This document shows positions 1 to 13,700 of a stretch of DNA of 64,000 nt, piece after piece (position 1 is the stretch's first letter; each line of letters begins with the position of its first letter). Source of the DNA: Podarcis cretensis (lineage: Eukaryota); NCBI GenBank assembly GCA_951804945.1, contig OX638151.1, forward strand, positions 95,294,001 to 95,358,000, read 5' to 3'. A model generated the notes under the pieces. The model saw nothing but the letters and a program-made list of their open reading frames with translations, did not search any database and had not been told where the DNA came from. The translations under genes and the position numbers were made by a program.

Positions 1-7
1 CCGTGAA

Positions 8-183
8 TAATAATAATAATAATAATAATTTATTATTTATACCAGCCACTCTGGGTGGCTTCCAACAAAACACTAAAATACAATAACCTATAAAACATTA
101 AAGGCTTCCCTAAACAGGGCTGCCTTTGGATGTCTTCTAAAAGTTTGGTAGTTATTTTTCTCTTTGACATCTGGTGGGAGGGC
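8..183 (-). mobile_element. L2-like LINE 3' fragment with (TAA)n tail
   Basis: GCCACTCTGGGTGGCTTCCAACAAA is shared with 63517-63541; followed by CAGGGCTGCCTT...TGTCTTCTAAA. Confidence 0.6.
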
Positions 184-1821
184 ATGGCAAGCTTTGTTTA
201 CTGAACGCGAGTCAAATAAACATGCAAAATTAGATCAACTCACTAGGGGATCAGAACATTTGTCAATGCAAATCACCCTGTGCAATTTCCCCTAATTCAA
301 AACCTTCCAGAAAACCCACGACAGCTGGTTGCCAGCAAGTCCTGTTGCCTGTTGCAACCACACCCTCTGCATACATCTCTTGCTTCAAAAGATTACCGGT
401 ACCGAGGAAACAGGGCTGGTATTACTCAAGAGCCTCTAGTTCAGGGGAGGGGGCTGGGGAAGCTGTGTGCCCCCGGATGTTGTTGAAATTCAGCTCCCAT
501 CAGTCCCAGACACCAAGGATGATGAGAGGTCTAATCCTTCAATATCTTGAGGGCCGCACATTCCCTCACTCCTGTCCTAGTTGCTAATTCCTAGCATATA
601 TAGAAACATGGGTCCTGCACCCAGTCATATGTCCTGTTCTTCTCCTTTACTTAGAAAGTACTAGAAGATGCTAAATGCTGCTGATTTTCCCTCAGTACAT
701 GAAAGCATGGTAAATATATATATGTAGGCGCTTCCTCCGCTAGCACTGTGAAAGGAAAAACGACCAGCGGGTTGCCATCATCACTGTGTCTTCCACCAAC
801 ATAATTCTCCCCTTGTCTGTTTGTTTTAAACTATGACAACGTTTTGTATCGCAGTGCATCCTTTGGGAATTTTGCTTCAGTCTTCCCCAGCACAAACACG
901 AACCACTTTTAAACATAACTTGCTTTGAAAAGAAAGCACAGTTGTTCTATAACTCAAGAGCCTGTTCTCTCTTTTTTCAGCAAACGATATATTTATTCAC
1001 CGCAGTTTGTCTGTGGGAACAAATATATATTTCAACATATTAACTTTGGACAGGAAGTACGAACGTGGATTTTTTAAACAAACAAGCAAACCATCGGGCT
1101 ATTTTAAAATGCCTAAACTCCCTGCTGTTTAAGAGAGATTTGAAATTAGGTGTCCCTAAAAACGTCTACCTCAGATTCTGGTTTTTGCAACTTTCTTGCC
1201 CTGATCGAGAGGACAACATGCGCTTAGTCGGCAATGGATGGTTATGTGCTCATATCACCTGCATGTTTGGAGCTTTCCCCTCTCACTGAAGCAATGAGGA
1301 AGCTCTTGTGGTCAAGGGAGCTCCAAAGGTGCACCAGAGCCCCTGTGCCTACAAAAGATCATTGGAAATGTACACCTGTGCTATACCATGAGAAAACTAC
1401 CTGTATTCGAGCTGGGTTGACCAAAGGGGACCTAGTGTTGGATAAGACAGTAGCCTAAGGGTTTGGCAGTGAAGAACCCTGAGGAAATGCAGGCAGCTCA
1501 ATAAAAATAAGGGGAAAGGAAGTGGAAGAGGAGGAGAAATGTACAGGAGCTAGAGAAATAACAAAGGACTGAACTGCAGATGATAACCAGCCCAATTTTT
1601 GGCCAGAGGTCTACAGTTTCTGCGTCATTAATACAGTGGCAACATAACATGAAATAAAAACCCTAATTGCTAACCCCAGCTTCCTGCCAAGCAACTGTGT
1701 TAGTAGTAAGGAGTAGTTTGGTAAGTCTGAGGAAGGCTGCAAAACTGTTAAAAAGGGTTAAAAGGGTTAATCAGCATTCCCACAAACCAAAGGAGAACTT
1801 TGCGGAGAGTTGCTGTTCTAC

Positions 1822-1929
1822 CTGTCTGTAGCAGGATAGTGAGAAGACTGTTGAGGGCAAGAACTAGATAATCCTCCATCTGCTGGAACAGTAAGATGAG
1901 AGGACTTCCCTGGGCAAGTTCTGGGCTTA
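1822..1929 (-). CDS. LPIN1: Lipin-1beta-specific alternative exon
   Basis: Not in the ORF track in this frame. 108 nt, phase 2-2: (S)KPRTCPGKSSHLTVPADGGLSSSCPQQSSHYPATD(S), resembling the mammalian beta insert (HLAVAAEGGLSSSCP, from memory). Polypyrimidine tract plus CCAG| acceptor, CAG|GTAGA donor. Confidence 0.88.
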
Positions 1930-3403
1930 CTGGACAGTGTGAGGTGTAGTAAAAGGAAGGGAAAAAACAGGCATCGTTATTCCACAATACGCTGCAATCA
2001 ACACATGCTGCTGGGACACACAGTGACATCCCCACCCGCTTGAAAACAAGGAACTCGGCTTAAAGAGAACTGAGTTTCTAAGCGACAAGATCCGGAATCG
2101 CTATAAGCAAATGTACAGTAAGTCAGTGCACCGTTCAGAGAGACACCAGACTACAGCACACGAAAGGTTGCAATCATTTGCAAATATGACAGCCACCATT
2201 ATAATAACATATGCAAAACAGTGATCCACCCTGGCCTCTTCTGGTGCAACAAGTGCGAATTTGAGGGTGAAGAGTACAAACTGATCTCATCAGAGGAAAC
2301 AGGCAGAAATGTTATCTAAAATATATGTGTTGCACAGACATGCTCCACTGCCGTTTAACCTTTCTCTAGCAACTGGATTAAGCATGAGATCACTAAAACG
2401 TGTTTTTAGTTATAAGAACATTGTTTTGAAATTGACAAAGAAAGTATAATACCTTTTCATGTTGTTTTTTTTTTAAAAAACCCAACCCTACATCTGTATG
2501 ATTTTGCCCCCAAATCAGAGCGGTCTGCAAGAAACACAACCTAACGATCACAGTAAAAGGATCCTATATTATGACTAAGGACCCTTCCACATATAATGCA
2601 ATCACAAATCAGAAGTCTCACATGTACCCGGTGCTTATGGAAGGCAGACCTCTGTAATCATGTGAGGTTCTTTACTCTTCCACTACCAGCAACGGAGATG
2701 TTCCACTTGCATTCATGTAGCTGCCTCATTCAATTGTAAAACCAGCATGTAGGAGTTAAAATAATTCTCTTCCCATCAACATGATCCTATCAAGACTGCT
2801 ACAGCCTACCGAAGGGGTTTTCCTCCAAGTGCCGCAGAATGTTCAGTCGCAACTAATAATGGATAATTAAGATCAACAAGTTTTCCGAAGGTTCAGCCTC
2901 ACACTAAACATCACATACCCTGAAACTCTACTCCAAATCTACTCATCTTCCTGTGCTTTGAAATGAAGAAGTGGTTTACACACACTCACGTGTAACAGGT
3001 AGCTGAGCACTCAATGAGTTGGCTTGCACATAGCACCAAGCTGAACTCTGGCTGAAGGCAGTTCAAGACGACATACCAAGCCAAACCATGGATGAATGAA
3101 GTTACGGCAGCAGGAGAACCAGGAAAGGAGGACAGTGTTCTCTCCAGGAACCCTCACAATCATGCTAAGCCATGGTTTGGCTTAGTGTTATGGGCACAGG
3201 CCAGCTCAACGTCTGGATGAAACTTGGAATGCTTGATTATCCTAATTATGGGTGTGCATATGCCGAGCCCAGAAATATACAATCATTTGATGAATGTTAC
3301 AAGTGTGGGAGGAGCTGCACTGCTACACAGTGTCTGAACTTGCTGGATGAAGGCACTTAGCACAGAAGACTACCTGAGGTACTCCAGTTAACACATACCG
3401 TAC

Positions 3404-3511
3404 CTTGGTGAAGGGGACCATTCTCCATCCGAATGGTGGTGAGGGAGCACACTGATTGAAGATGTATTTATCTCAAGCACTTCATCTCTACAAAGATCAG
3501 AGGCAGATGTT
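3404..3511 (-). CDS. LPIN1: Lipin-1 coding exon (SDGEWSP)
   Basis: 108 nt, phase 2-2, TSASDLCRDEVLEINTSSISVLPHHHSDGEWSPSP; CTCAG| acceptor 12 nt from the N gap, AG|GTACG donor. The 5' boundary is less certain because of the gap. Confidence 0.88.
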
Positions 3512-3523
3512 CTGAGTATAAAC

Positions 3524-3661
3524 NNNNNNNNNNNNNNNNNNNNNNNNNNNNNNNNNNNNNNNNNNNNNNNNNNNNNNNNNNNNNNNNNNNNNNNNNNNNN
3601 NNNNNNNNNNNNNNNNNNNNNNNNNNNNNNNNNNNNNNNNNNNNNNNNNNNNNNNNNNNNN
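3524..3661. other. Assembly gap (138 N)
   Basis: Run of N. Confidence 1.
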
Positions 3662-4125
3662 TCTCGTTCAGAGCTAGAATAGCATTGCAACACTGGTAAG
3701 GAGAAAACTACTTCCCTTCTCTAAGAACTGTTAGGCTCAAACTTCATCTCAAAATGACTGGAAATCCAGATGCTTCTCATAAGAAGCGCAAGTTGGAAAA
3801 CGAAACAAAAAACACAACTCTAGAGGTCAGAAATTAGCGGTTCCTTAAATTTCCTTAACCACCTGGCCTAGGAACTCATGATGAAAACTTGTTCTACTTC
3901 CTAAAGCGAATTAAGTTTTCTTTTGAATCCACTGACTCTTTGGAGCAAGTATGACTATAGGAACTTTGTGCAATATGAGAAAACTTTGTCCAGAATAAAA
4001 TCCATATGTATCCAATCATTCTCATGCTGTAAGAAATCCACACGACGTCTTTTCATAGGTATTTGCTTAAAGAACATTAATGCCTCTGAATAAATCGCTT
4101 CTCCGAGTTTAAGCAGGATCAATAC

Positions 4126-4454
4126 CTTGTATTGTCTAAAAGCTCATTTTCTTCGTCGGAACTGATTTCTATAGGGAACATGTTTTCATCTTCAGTGGTA
4201 TCATCATTTTCATCTCTTTTTGAAGTATCTATTTTGTGGGCAGATCTCCTTCTACGTTTCCTCCTTTTCTTCACAGAACAACCAGAAGAAGTGGGCTCAA
4301 CAGCGGATGAAGAAACAGAGGTTGGTAGCTGTGAACTGCTTCCAGTGTCCATGTTTCTTATCCTGTCCACAGAGTTTCTCTTCAGCTGTAACTCCATGAG
4401 AGCTGTTCCCTCCGTAAGAATGGGAGATGTAGCCAAGTGGTACGGAATTGCTTC
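4126..4454 (-). CDS. LPIN1: Lipin-1 coding exon with polybasic NLS/PA-binding motif
   Basis: 329 nt, phase 0-2, EAIPYHLATSPILTEG...VKKRRKRRRRS...MFPIEISSDEE...NT(R). HLATSPI, the polybasic tract and MFPIExSSDE point to lipin-1 rather than lipin-2/3. TTCTAG| acceptor, AG|GTATT donor. Confidence 0.95.
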
Positions 4455-5669
4455 CTAGAAAAAAGAGGGAGGAGACAAAACAGCGTCTTATTTCCCTTGA
4501 TATTCCTTATTTCATTTCCTTTGACATTTGTGAAGATTAATCTATCCTTCATCACACAGACACATATGCCCCAAAATGTACCTCAAGCTTCACATAAGTT
4601 AAGCTTTTGTAAATACTCCACCTTGCAGCTCTTTCAAATTTTGCAAAGCATAAGGCTCCATTTAGGCTATTTGGGTGGATCTACATGCAGGGGGTGGGAA
4701 ACGCTATAAATAAGTCAGAAATTAAATCGTAACAAAAGGGGGGGAAACCCTATGTAAAAACACTATTGAAAAGTTTTGTGCTCTCTGGTGCCATCTGGTG
4801 TTGCATTTTTATAACACATTCAAATCGCTGGTTTTTTGTTTTTCTAATGTAGCTGAATCCTTTCTCACCATGCTTTTATGGAAGTGCTTCCCTTTGGACT
4901 AAATAAGTATATATAAGATAGCAGCTTAAATCATGGAATCAATGCAAGATACATGCTATGGAACTGTCAAGAGACCTGCTCGTCTCACATGCCATAATGG
5001 GCTCCCCTTCCTGGAACTGGCTCCTTCCTCTGTGCAGAGGGACTAAGCTATATACTCTTGCACTGACTAGTTCTGCAGCAGGAACATGGAAGCCCTGCTT
5101 GATTTTTTTATTATTATTTTTTTTAGATCCTTTTGGGGAAAGCATGCTCAGAGGCACAGATCAGGAAAGTAATGGAAATCCAGTCACCTTGGCTTTAAGC
5201 AAATCAGCCAAGCCAATGAATGCCTTGCTACCAAAAATAGCCAGTTCACACAATCAGGTAACAATCAATTATACAGCCAGCAGTCTTGCAATATGCAAGT
5301 TTTCTTCTGCCAATAAATACTGCCAGCAAGTGAGGAAGAAACAATCAGATGAGAAAACTTTCCATTTAATGACAGCTACATGCAAACAGCAACAAACAAA
5401 ATCATTACAGAAATAATGGGGTCATGTGAACTGGCCTTTAGGTTTTGCCATCCACCCTCTTCCTCCATCTGTCACTGTGTGTAAATCAAGTCTTGAATGG
5501 TGCAAGAAATGGAGAACTGTAAATGAAATCAGATCTAGCAGCCTTCTCCCTATAATGGATCTCTTAAAGGCATAGCAGTCTTCGGGTTTGACGATCCACT
5601 ACAGATGTTGCGCTGTAACCATAATTTATCAGAAATGAAAGATGTTTGGGAAGTGGAGCTTCGTCTTAC

Positions 5670-5765
5670 CTGGTCATCACCGGTTTCCTCTACAAAAAAT
5701 GCTTCTCCGTTGTCCCCTAATTTCATATGCAAATCCACAGATTCTCCATTGATTTCTATGTCAAC
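5670..5765 (-). CDS. LPIN1: Lipin-1 coding exon (rest of N-LIP domain)
   Basis: 96 nt, phase 0-0, [32 protein letters not shown]; CCAG| acceptor and CAG|GTAAG donor. Confidence 0.97.
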
Positions 5766-7263
5766 CTGGGGAGGGCAAAAGACTTTTGAACAAACGTACA
5801 ATTTCACTGCAAAGCACCGGAAGAGTTAGCGTGTGAATGAACATTCTCTGATATCTGTGAAAAGGGCTAATTCACATCATCCTAGTTAACATTTATGTAA
5901 GGTGATGAAAGTACTTCACATTATCTCGCAATCGTTTACAGCAGCCCTGTAAGGGACATCAGTGCTATTATCCCCATATTTCATGGCTTGGGGCGGCAGG
6001 TGCTCAGAGGAAGAATATAGAGGTTTGTCAAAGGACATCTATCTAGCAAGTTCATAGCTAGGGTACAATTTGAAGCAGGGAACTTCTCAGATGATCTTCA
6101 TATGCATATTCACAGTGTCGTGTGCCTGATCTAACAAAAGTTAAGCATCAACCAGCTTCCTGGTCCCAGGTGCCACTGAGCTCCAAATAAGCAATTTTAA
6201 GTGACATTTTCAACAGCGAAAGAGATAAGCTTAAGCCCACCGAATCCCTATTAAATCCATAAAAGTGCTTAAGGTGATATGTTGTCCATTGATAGGATCA
6301 GTATTGTAAACAAACAGTGGCCTTCCCAGTGATAAAAGGCCTTATCCAAAAAAAACCCCAAATCTGTGAGCAAACAACCCATCTGACACACAATAATTAC
6401 CACCTCTCTGGGTTTTGTTGTTTGGTGAAAGTGCTGAGGACACAAAATTCTAGTTCCCATGGTTCTTTTGTGGGGAGTCAGTGCTCCAGCACATGCATCA
6501 CAGATCTGCCCAGAGGGCCAAAGCAGACGATACATTAACTTGCACAATGACATTTGCCTGTGCTTTCCTTTTTACCATGGCAGCTGGGGGCGGAAATTTG
6601 AGACTGGGACTGCGGTGTGAGGAAGATTGGGGAGGAGGATCTAACACTTCCTGATGGAAATGTCCCCCACCCCGGTCAAAGCAACCATTTGCCCAGAAAG
6701 GAAGCTGCTATCCCGGTCTGGAACAGGGACCCCACAGCTACAGATATATGCACTGCACTGTCTCTGCACCTACATCTTAGTGTCTCCATGAGAAGGACTC
6801 AAACTCAGATGACTCACAAGTCACCATACTGAGCACCACCTTCTACATTACCCCAGCCTAAGGGCATGGCTCTTCCATCATGCCTCGACTCTGGTGGCGA
6901 CTCTCCTACAGCTTCTCCTGATCCACAATCCTGCAGGAGTATGTTATATGTGCCCTTGAAGGGCTTCAGCCAACCCTCCTGGTTGAAGAAGACCTTGACT
7001 GGCCTTCTTATGACTCTGGGCCTTTGCTGAGACAACGTCTTCCACTGCTGAGCCAGCAAGGCCCACTGGGAGCTGTCATGGGGCCTGAGCTGAAGTGGTT
7101 CTAGTAACCACTAACACACATCATTGTGCATGCAATGTATCATCAAGTGTGGTCCTGAAAGTGCATAGGATGAAAACATCCCTGCCCCCAGCACAATATA
7201 CTGTGTGAAGAGGGAGCTACTGACAAAACAAAAAGCATGTCAAGACATCTTCTGTCCCCCTAC

Positions 7264-7455
7264 CACTTTTTCCTTCGAACGCAGAACTCCCATCTTTCCG
7301 AAGCGCACGTGGAAAGGTGAACAGTGGAGGTTCCCATCAGGCTGGCGGACAACGATGACATCTATGCACCCAGACAGCGTGGCGGGATTTAATCCTTTAT
7401 AGAGCTCCTTCACAGTCACAAAGACTTGGCCTGCTAACTGCCCAACGTAATTCAT
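7264..7455 (-). CDS. LPIN1: Lipin-1 first canonical coding exon (N-LIP domain start); whole exon is 7264-7464
   Basis: Encodes [64 protein letters not shown] (192 nt), the lipin N-LIP start. Acceptor CCAG|GCACAAACCATG at 7464; donor GTG|GTAGG at 7264. Confidence 0.97.
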
Positions 7456-10321
7456 GGTTTGTGCCTGGAGAGGAAAACACGACAGAGGGAAGCATCAGAA
7501 TCTGGATGGACACATTAAGACCATTTGACAACTGCAGAAAATAAGAGACCAAAAATATTCTATAAAACAACCTAAGGTGACTCTGGAAGGCTCTTGGGCC
7601 AAATTCTACACACCCACCCACCCATGAGGAGTACTGGTTAGCTTACTGGCTTCCCACAGGAGTGTAGAGTTTCCCTGCCCAAAGTTTTCTGGTGAGCCAC
7701 TGGATTTCTCACAAGATCTCTTGGAGAATGGCGTCAGAGATAAAGGCTTACGGTTTCATCTCTCACCCCCAAATCTTCCCCAATGGACAGAGGAAGAAAA
7801 CCCAATTGCCACAGATGACACTTCTTTTGCACTCCTCCTCTCTTGTCTCTGCGCTGGTTGAAAGGGCTGACTTCTGTGGCAATCAGATTTCCTCCTGTTT
7901 TCCTGAGCCACCCTAGGCTCCACACCCTCCTTAAGTGTTTTTGCATGTCTCGAATGTGTCCTGAAACTCCAGTCATGCTTCTTGTTTGCAGGCTAGAGAG
8001 TGTTGGGTGGAACTAGCCTACAAAAAGGTAAGATTCGGTACTTGCCCTGTTCGCTTTCGCCGGTAGCCTTACCTGTTCCTGGTCAGGTGGCCCCTAGAAA
8101 GTTGACCAGAAAATAATGTGGCCCTTGGGTTGTAGTCTACAACGTAACTTACTCCTAGGGAAGTGTGTACAGGATTTCATCTTAAGACGGGCTCACAGAT
8201 GATAGCACTGCTCTTAAGATCAATCCAAGTCTACTGAACGGCCTTGACATTTCAGCATGTTAAGATATTTGGCAACGTAATGAGCAATGGAAAGTTAAAA
8301 AGACAACATCCACATTCCTCAAGAGCTGCCCAGCAATGCCCCAGCATACCAAGAAGCTTCAAGCAGAGGAACGTGAGCCAGTTAGTCCCAGATTCACATC
8401 TCACCACAACCATTAACTCACTTAGGTCTCTGGTTGAAACATTTAGGTAGCTCTAAGTAAATCCATGAGATAAGAGCGCAAGTCTTGAGAGACTTGGATC
8501 CAAATTTCTGCTCAGTTACAAAGTTCGCTGCAAGATCTCTGAGCGGTCTTTACGTCCTAAAATAATCTACCTCACAGTGATGTTGTGAGGGAAACAAATA
8601 TGAATACCGTCCAGTGTACAGGGCTCCTTTTTGGAAGAAAGGACCCCTCAGCCTTTCGCCTCCCCATCTGCAGAGTGAGGGTCACTGTAGTGGCCCACCT
8701 GTTAGGTTGAGATGATTTTGTTATTAACTAAAAATATTTCTAACCCACGCTTCATCACAGTGCGATACCAGGGTAGGATAGAACACAATATAAATTGAAA
8801 CCAACAAACGTCATCATAAAACAGAATAGAAGAGAGCACATGAAAAAACAAAGGAAACAGCAGTCATGATAATTATCAAAATCTGGCTGGGAACCCTACC
8901 CCCACCACACAAACACACAAAAACACAGCTCTGCCAATACACACGACACAGCAGGTTGGGATAGCAGAAATGTTTTGCTTAAAAAAAGACTGACAAGAGT
9001 CATTTACAAAATTAGTTTTCTCCTAATGGTTATAATAGATCCACGAGAATCCCAGCCAAAGCTTAATTCTGTATCTTTGTTTCATATACCAGAGTGGCAT
9101 ACAACAAATATGAATAAAATCAACAAAAGTATCCATGAAAACTTCATGAGAAACATCAATAAAACACCAGTGAAATGCTGATTGGTTAAAGAGAGAATGT
9201 TCATAAAGCAAAGGCCTGTTGAAACAACCTAAGTTTTCAAAAGTTGCCTCAAAGAAGGGAGGAGCAGTTCCTGCCAAACCTCTACCGGCAAGGAGTTCCA
9301 CAGAGCACACAAAAGCTGCCACACTAAAGGCTCAATCCATGGTAAATGCCAATCAAGTGTCAGGGGTGCTGGGAACAGGGAATGTGAGTGCTAAAACTGC
9401 ATTTGCAACTTGCTGAAGTATGCATTAGCTCCCAGTGAAATATTCACGTCCCCAGGAACGTTCCCCAATTCCTAAGGAGACTGTATATGGTCTGCATAAC
9501 ACATTTTGTTCTGATTGATCCTAGAAAGCCTGCCTGCTGGTATCTCAAGAGCAGGAGTGCTAATAATAAACCAAACCAACTCAGTAAAATATAGTGCTAC
9601 TTGCATTCTGTCAGCCTGCAACCTACATTTCTATCTAGGGTTTCCCTTTAAATTTCCAATTGAAAGAAAGTACTTCTTCACACAATGCGTAAGCTACGGA
9701 ATTTGCTCTGTAAAATCAGGGAGGGATGTTTCGGCCATCACCTGTGCATGGAAAAGCTTCTCGCAACTTGAGGGCTTTCCTCACACGTGGTCGTTTGCCA
9801 TGAAAACAGCACTCAACAAGAAGCCACAAGCAGTTCAGGCTCCCAAATGAATGTTTGCAAAAACAAGTTGGTCCCTGTTTCTCATTCACATTTTTTTTTT
9901 CATATTTCATATTTTCAATACTTGGGGAGAGGGGGTGAGAATCAGTCCTTAACAGTAGCATCTTCTCCCTGTATTCCAATGAGCCAGTGACCAGTAATAC
10001 ATTCCTAGGATCCCTTCCACACACCTGTGAACATATATCCTGATGTTTTTGAACAAAGTGCCTGGGGAGATTATACCTCCTTGGTTGTTTATTGAGCATT
10101 CATTCTCTGGTTTGTTTGCAGGGAAGTTGTACAGTATTGTTGCACCAAGCAATTGGTTTCCACCTCATTTTCTGGTCACTTTCCTTACTACAGAAATGGG
10201 GTGGAGGGGAAGCAGGTTTGTTGTGAAAGGATGCCAACTCTGCTTCAGTTGCGCAACCTGAATTTGCTGGTATGTTGCTGAATTCTCACCCACAAAATAG
10301 CAACGGTCTGGAAGTGACATA

Positions 10322-10771
10322 CCGTATTTTCACATGTACAGGATGCCCCCAATTTTTTTTCACCCAAAATTAAGAAATTAAGTTGTTTAGCTTTGGGGGG
10401 GGGAGGTCACTTCCGCCAATCACTCACCCGCCTGCCCGCCACTGCCGATCGCTTGCCACAGCCACTGCCAATCACACACCTTGCCGCAGCCACCAATTGT
10501 CTGCCCACTCGCCACCAACAGCCTGCCTGCCCACTTGACGCAGCCGCCAATCGCCTGCCCAATTGCCGCAGCCACAGCCAATCGCCAACAGGCGTTGTCG
10601 CAGCCACCAATCACCTGCCCAATTGCCGCTGCCAATCTCCTGCTTGCTGCTGCCATTAATTGCACGTCCCCCCTCTGCATTCACTATCCGTGTATAAGAA
10701 GACAACCAAATTTTGCCTAATTATTTTTTTTTTTTAGCAAAAAGCATCGTCTTATACATGGAAAAATACGG
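10322..10771. mobile_element. Tc1/mariner-superfamily (pogo/Tc2-like) MITE with internal GC-rich minisatellite
   Basis: TIRs CCGTATTTT... / ...AAAATACGG with TA on both sides; degenerate GCCAATCGCCTGCCCAATTGCCGCA units inside. Confidence 0.8.
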
Positions 10772-13700
10772 TAGATTAGCCTGTCCTTATCTCTTGCACT
10801 GAAAAGGGGTCATGGCACAATAGAACATCACATGCTTTCTTTCTATGCAGATTGAAGCCCTGGGCTCCATCCCCAGCATGTGAAAATATGGCTCTCGGGG
10901 AACAGGACTAGCAAAACAAAAAAAAAGCTATGGATAGCCAGTGGCAATTAAAATAGTAACAATGAGCAAGAAAGACCACTGGCCTGATTTTGTTATAAAA
11001 ACAGCTTCACACTTTAGCAGATAAAATGTGAAAGTTCTAATGCGTTACAGAAGGCCAACAATAAGTCTGTGCACCTTCAGCATGAAAATGGAAACTGATG
11101 AAATTCTGTAGAATAAGTTTATTTGAGCATGTTTATAGAATCAAATGTGACCCACAAACCACATATTGCAACCAGTGAGCAACTGGAAAACCCTAATTCC
11201 GCAGCCACTGTTTGGTAAAGTATGGAGCTTATAAAAACTTGTGGTGGCCTGCTGTATATTGCTTGGCAGATCACAACAGAGCTTTTGTGGGGAGAGGAAT
11301 ATTATTATTTTGTTAATAAGAACAGCAAGCAAGAGCAGACATGAGGGAGAAGGGCTGTAGGTCAAAATAAGATGTTTAAAAAACAGATACAACATGGGAC
11401 AAAAACTAATCAGGAAGGAAAGAGTTCTCCAGTCATTAATATGTGGATCACAAGTTGTGCAGACCTCCTCTCAAAGGACCTGGCAACCCACTTTTGCTTG
11501 GCACTTTTGACGGCATGCCTACAACCTTGGCTCCCTTAACAGTCTCCCTTTCACTGTGTGGCTGAGGCACACAGAATTCTCCTAAATGTAAGGGCAGTCA
11601 CATCAATGGTTACAGCTGCCCCAACATACATAGCAAAACACAGTCAGAATGAAAGAGCAAGATAATAATACAGTATCCTTAACTCTGTGCTAGTCCATGA
11701 CCACCACTCTCTCCTTCTTGGGTTTTCTTTCCACAAAATCAATGTTGCTTGCATTATTAAACACAAACTCCTCTACAAGTCTTCTGAATTGTGTTTATCC
11801 TATATGCTTTTCTTTGCCAATAAAGCTGATTAAGCATAAATCTATCCACAATTCAGAAAGCCATGCAGAAGGGAAGGAAATGTTTCATTCTGAACATTCC
11901 CTGGGTGAGTATTTTCAAAATGATGATTAAATGCTGCATGCCTTGACAGTATCCACCATAATAGCTGCTTCGTTCAAACTCACAGTGTTCACAAAGTATA
12001 TTTAGAAAAGGTTTAGACCTGAAATACAACAATGTAAATTTGTGAGCATTGTTATCAAAAGTGATGAACAAGATAATGCACGTAGCTTGATACATTTTAC
12101 AGCAGCCCCTTTGAAAGAATCTTACTGTTCTCTTCCTCTTTTTGTAATTTATAAAAGTGACACAATATGGTTTTTGAGATCTTCTCAATGGTTTGTTCTG
12201 CCCTCTTCACTCAAGCTTTAGGATAAAAATAATCAGGTAACAGATAACAAGACCGACCTACAGAAATGAACTGACATTGTTTTATTTACTATTTACCAGA
12301 TCATTTGGGGTCTGCCTTTTAGCCTCCCCAAAACAGCTTAAATCATCAGCCTAAAACATAATAATTAAAGCTACAAGATGAACAATGAACTAAAAAAAAT
12401 ATCCAGAGCCACCTAAAATACAGTTCCACAAAAGGGACCAGAAAAGCTTTAGAGAATCCAAAACAGGAACTTTGCAAAACAGAAAAATATTTACCAGACG
12501 CCGAAAAGCCAAAAAGGAGGGGGCCAACCAGGCTTCCTGGGTAAAGGAGTTCTGTAATCTGGGTGCCACAACCAAAAAGATTCTGTCATGCATTATCATC
12601 CAGTTGAACCTCTGATGGCAGTGGAAAACAGATCAAGGCTTTTGAGGAATAGTGCAGTGGGCGGGCAAGCTCATGTCATGAGAAGGCAATCCTTCAAAGA
12701 CGTCATCCAGTGATCTTCTATACTATGTTGGCTGGTTACGTGGTACATGGGGAACTGCATTACGTCTGGTCAGGCTATTTGTCCATGTTTTCTGACTGGA
12801 ACTGGCTCTCCAGAGCCTCAGGCAGCGGTCTTTCCCACTGTTTACTAACCTGATCCTTTTAACTGGAGATGGCAGGAATAAAACCTGGGACTTTCTGCAT
12901 CCGAAGCATGTGCTCTGTGACTGAGATACATGCCTCCCCCTAAATACACGCACAACATGACAGTGCTGTGTAAAGCATCTTTCCACACCATTACATGGAA
13001 GGAAACCTGATTTTATTACATGGGTTCAGTTCAGGTGGAGAGCTGAACCATGGTTTATCGATAAGCCACAGCCATCTTCTCACACATTCTGATTTAAATT
13101 ATTCCTATTTGGTACAAACCATAGTTTGCCATTACATATGAACCAGGAAACCATGGTTTGCAGCCCTGGCTTGGCTAGTAAACTGACAAGCCAGACTCAG
13201 ATGTCAGAATAAACACAATTTGTGTCAAAGAGGAAGCAGCTAATTGAAGCATAGCATGGAAGTGCTTTTACTATTCCGACATGCAGAAATACTGAGGACA
13301 GGCAGAAAAGCAGAAGATCTGGGAATCGTTTTCCTAAAGCTGCTTTTGTTTCCTAAAGCAAACTGGATGTTCCTCAATTTACAAGAAAGGGCAAGAAATC
13401 TTGAAATTGCCACTGTCTCCTCACTTTGAATGAACAGTTTCAGTTTTCAGAGAGCTGACAGCTCCATGGGGGAACAATAGCAATTCTTAAAAGAAAGAAA
13501 GATATTTTTTTTCACTGAGACAGTATTAGTCTGTTTATTTTCCAGCGGTTAAATAAGGGGTGTGTCTGGAATTTAGAAATACGATCATAGATAATGTGAC
13601 AGATAAAAAGCACTTTGCTTTCAGTCGCTCTTTCCATAGAACAAAACAGAATAGAAAGAGCATACCTAAACAAGTAGAGAACTTGCATAATTCATAGGAC

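Noticed and set aside
2810-2880. LVDLNYPLLVATEH... as the beta exon
   Set aside because: No in-phase acceptor; 1822-1929 fits far better.
6852-6930. 79-nt cryptic or poison exon (CTGCAG|...|GTAATG)
   Set aside because: It would shift the frame inside N-LIP, shows no homology, and such splice-like pairs arise by chance.
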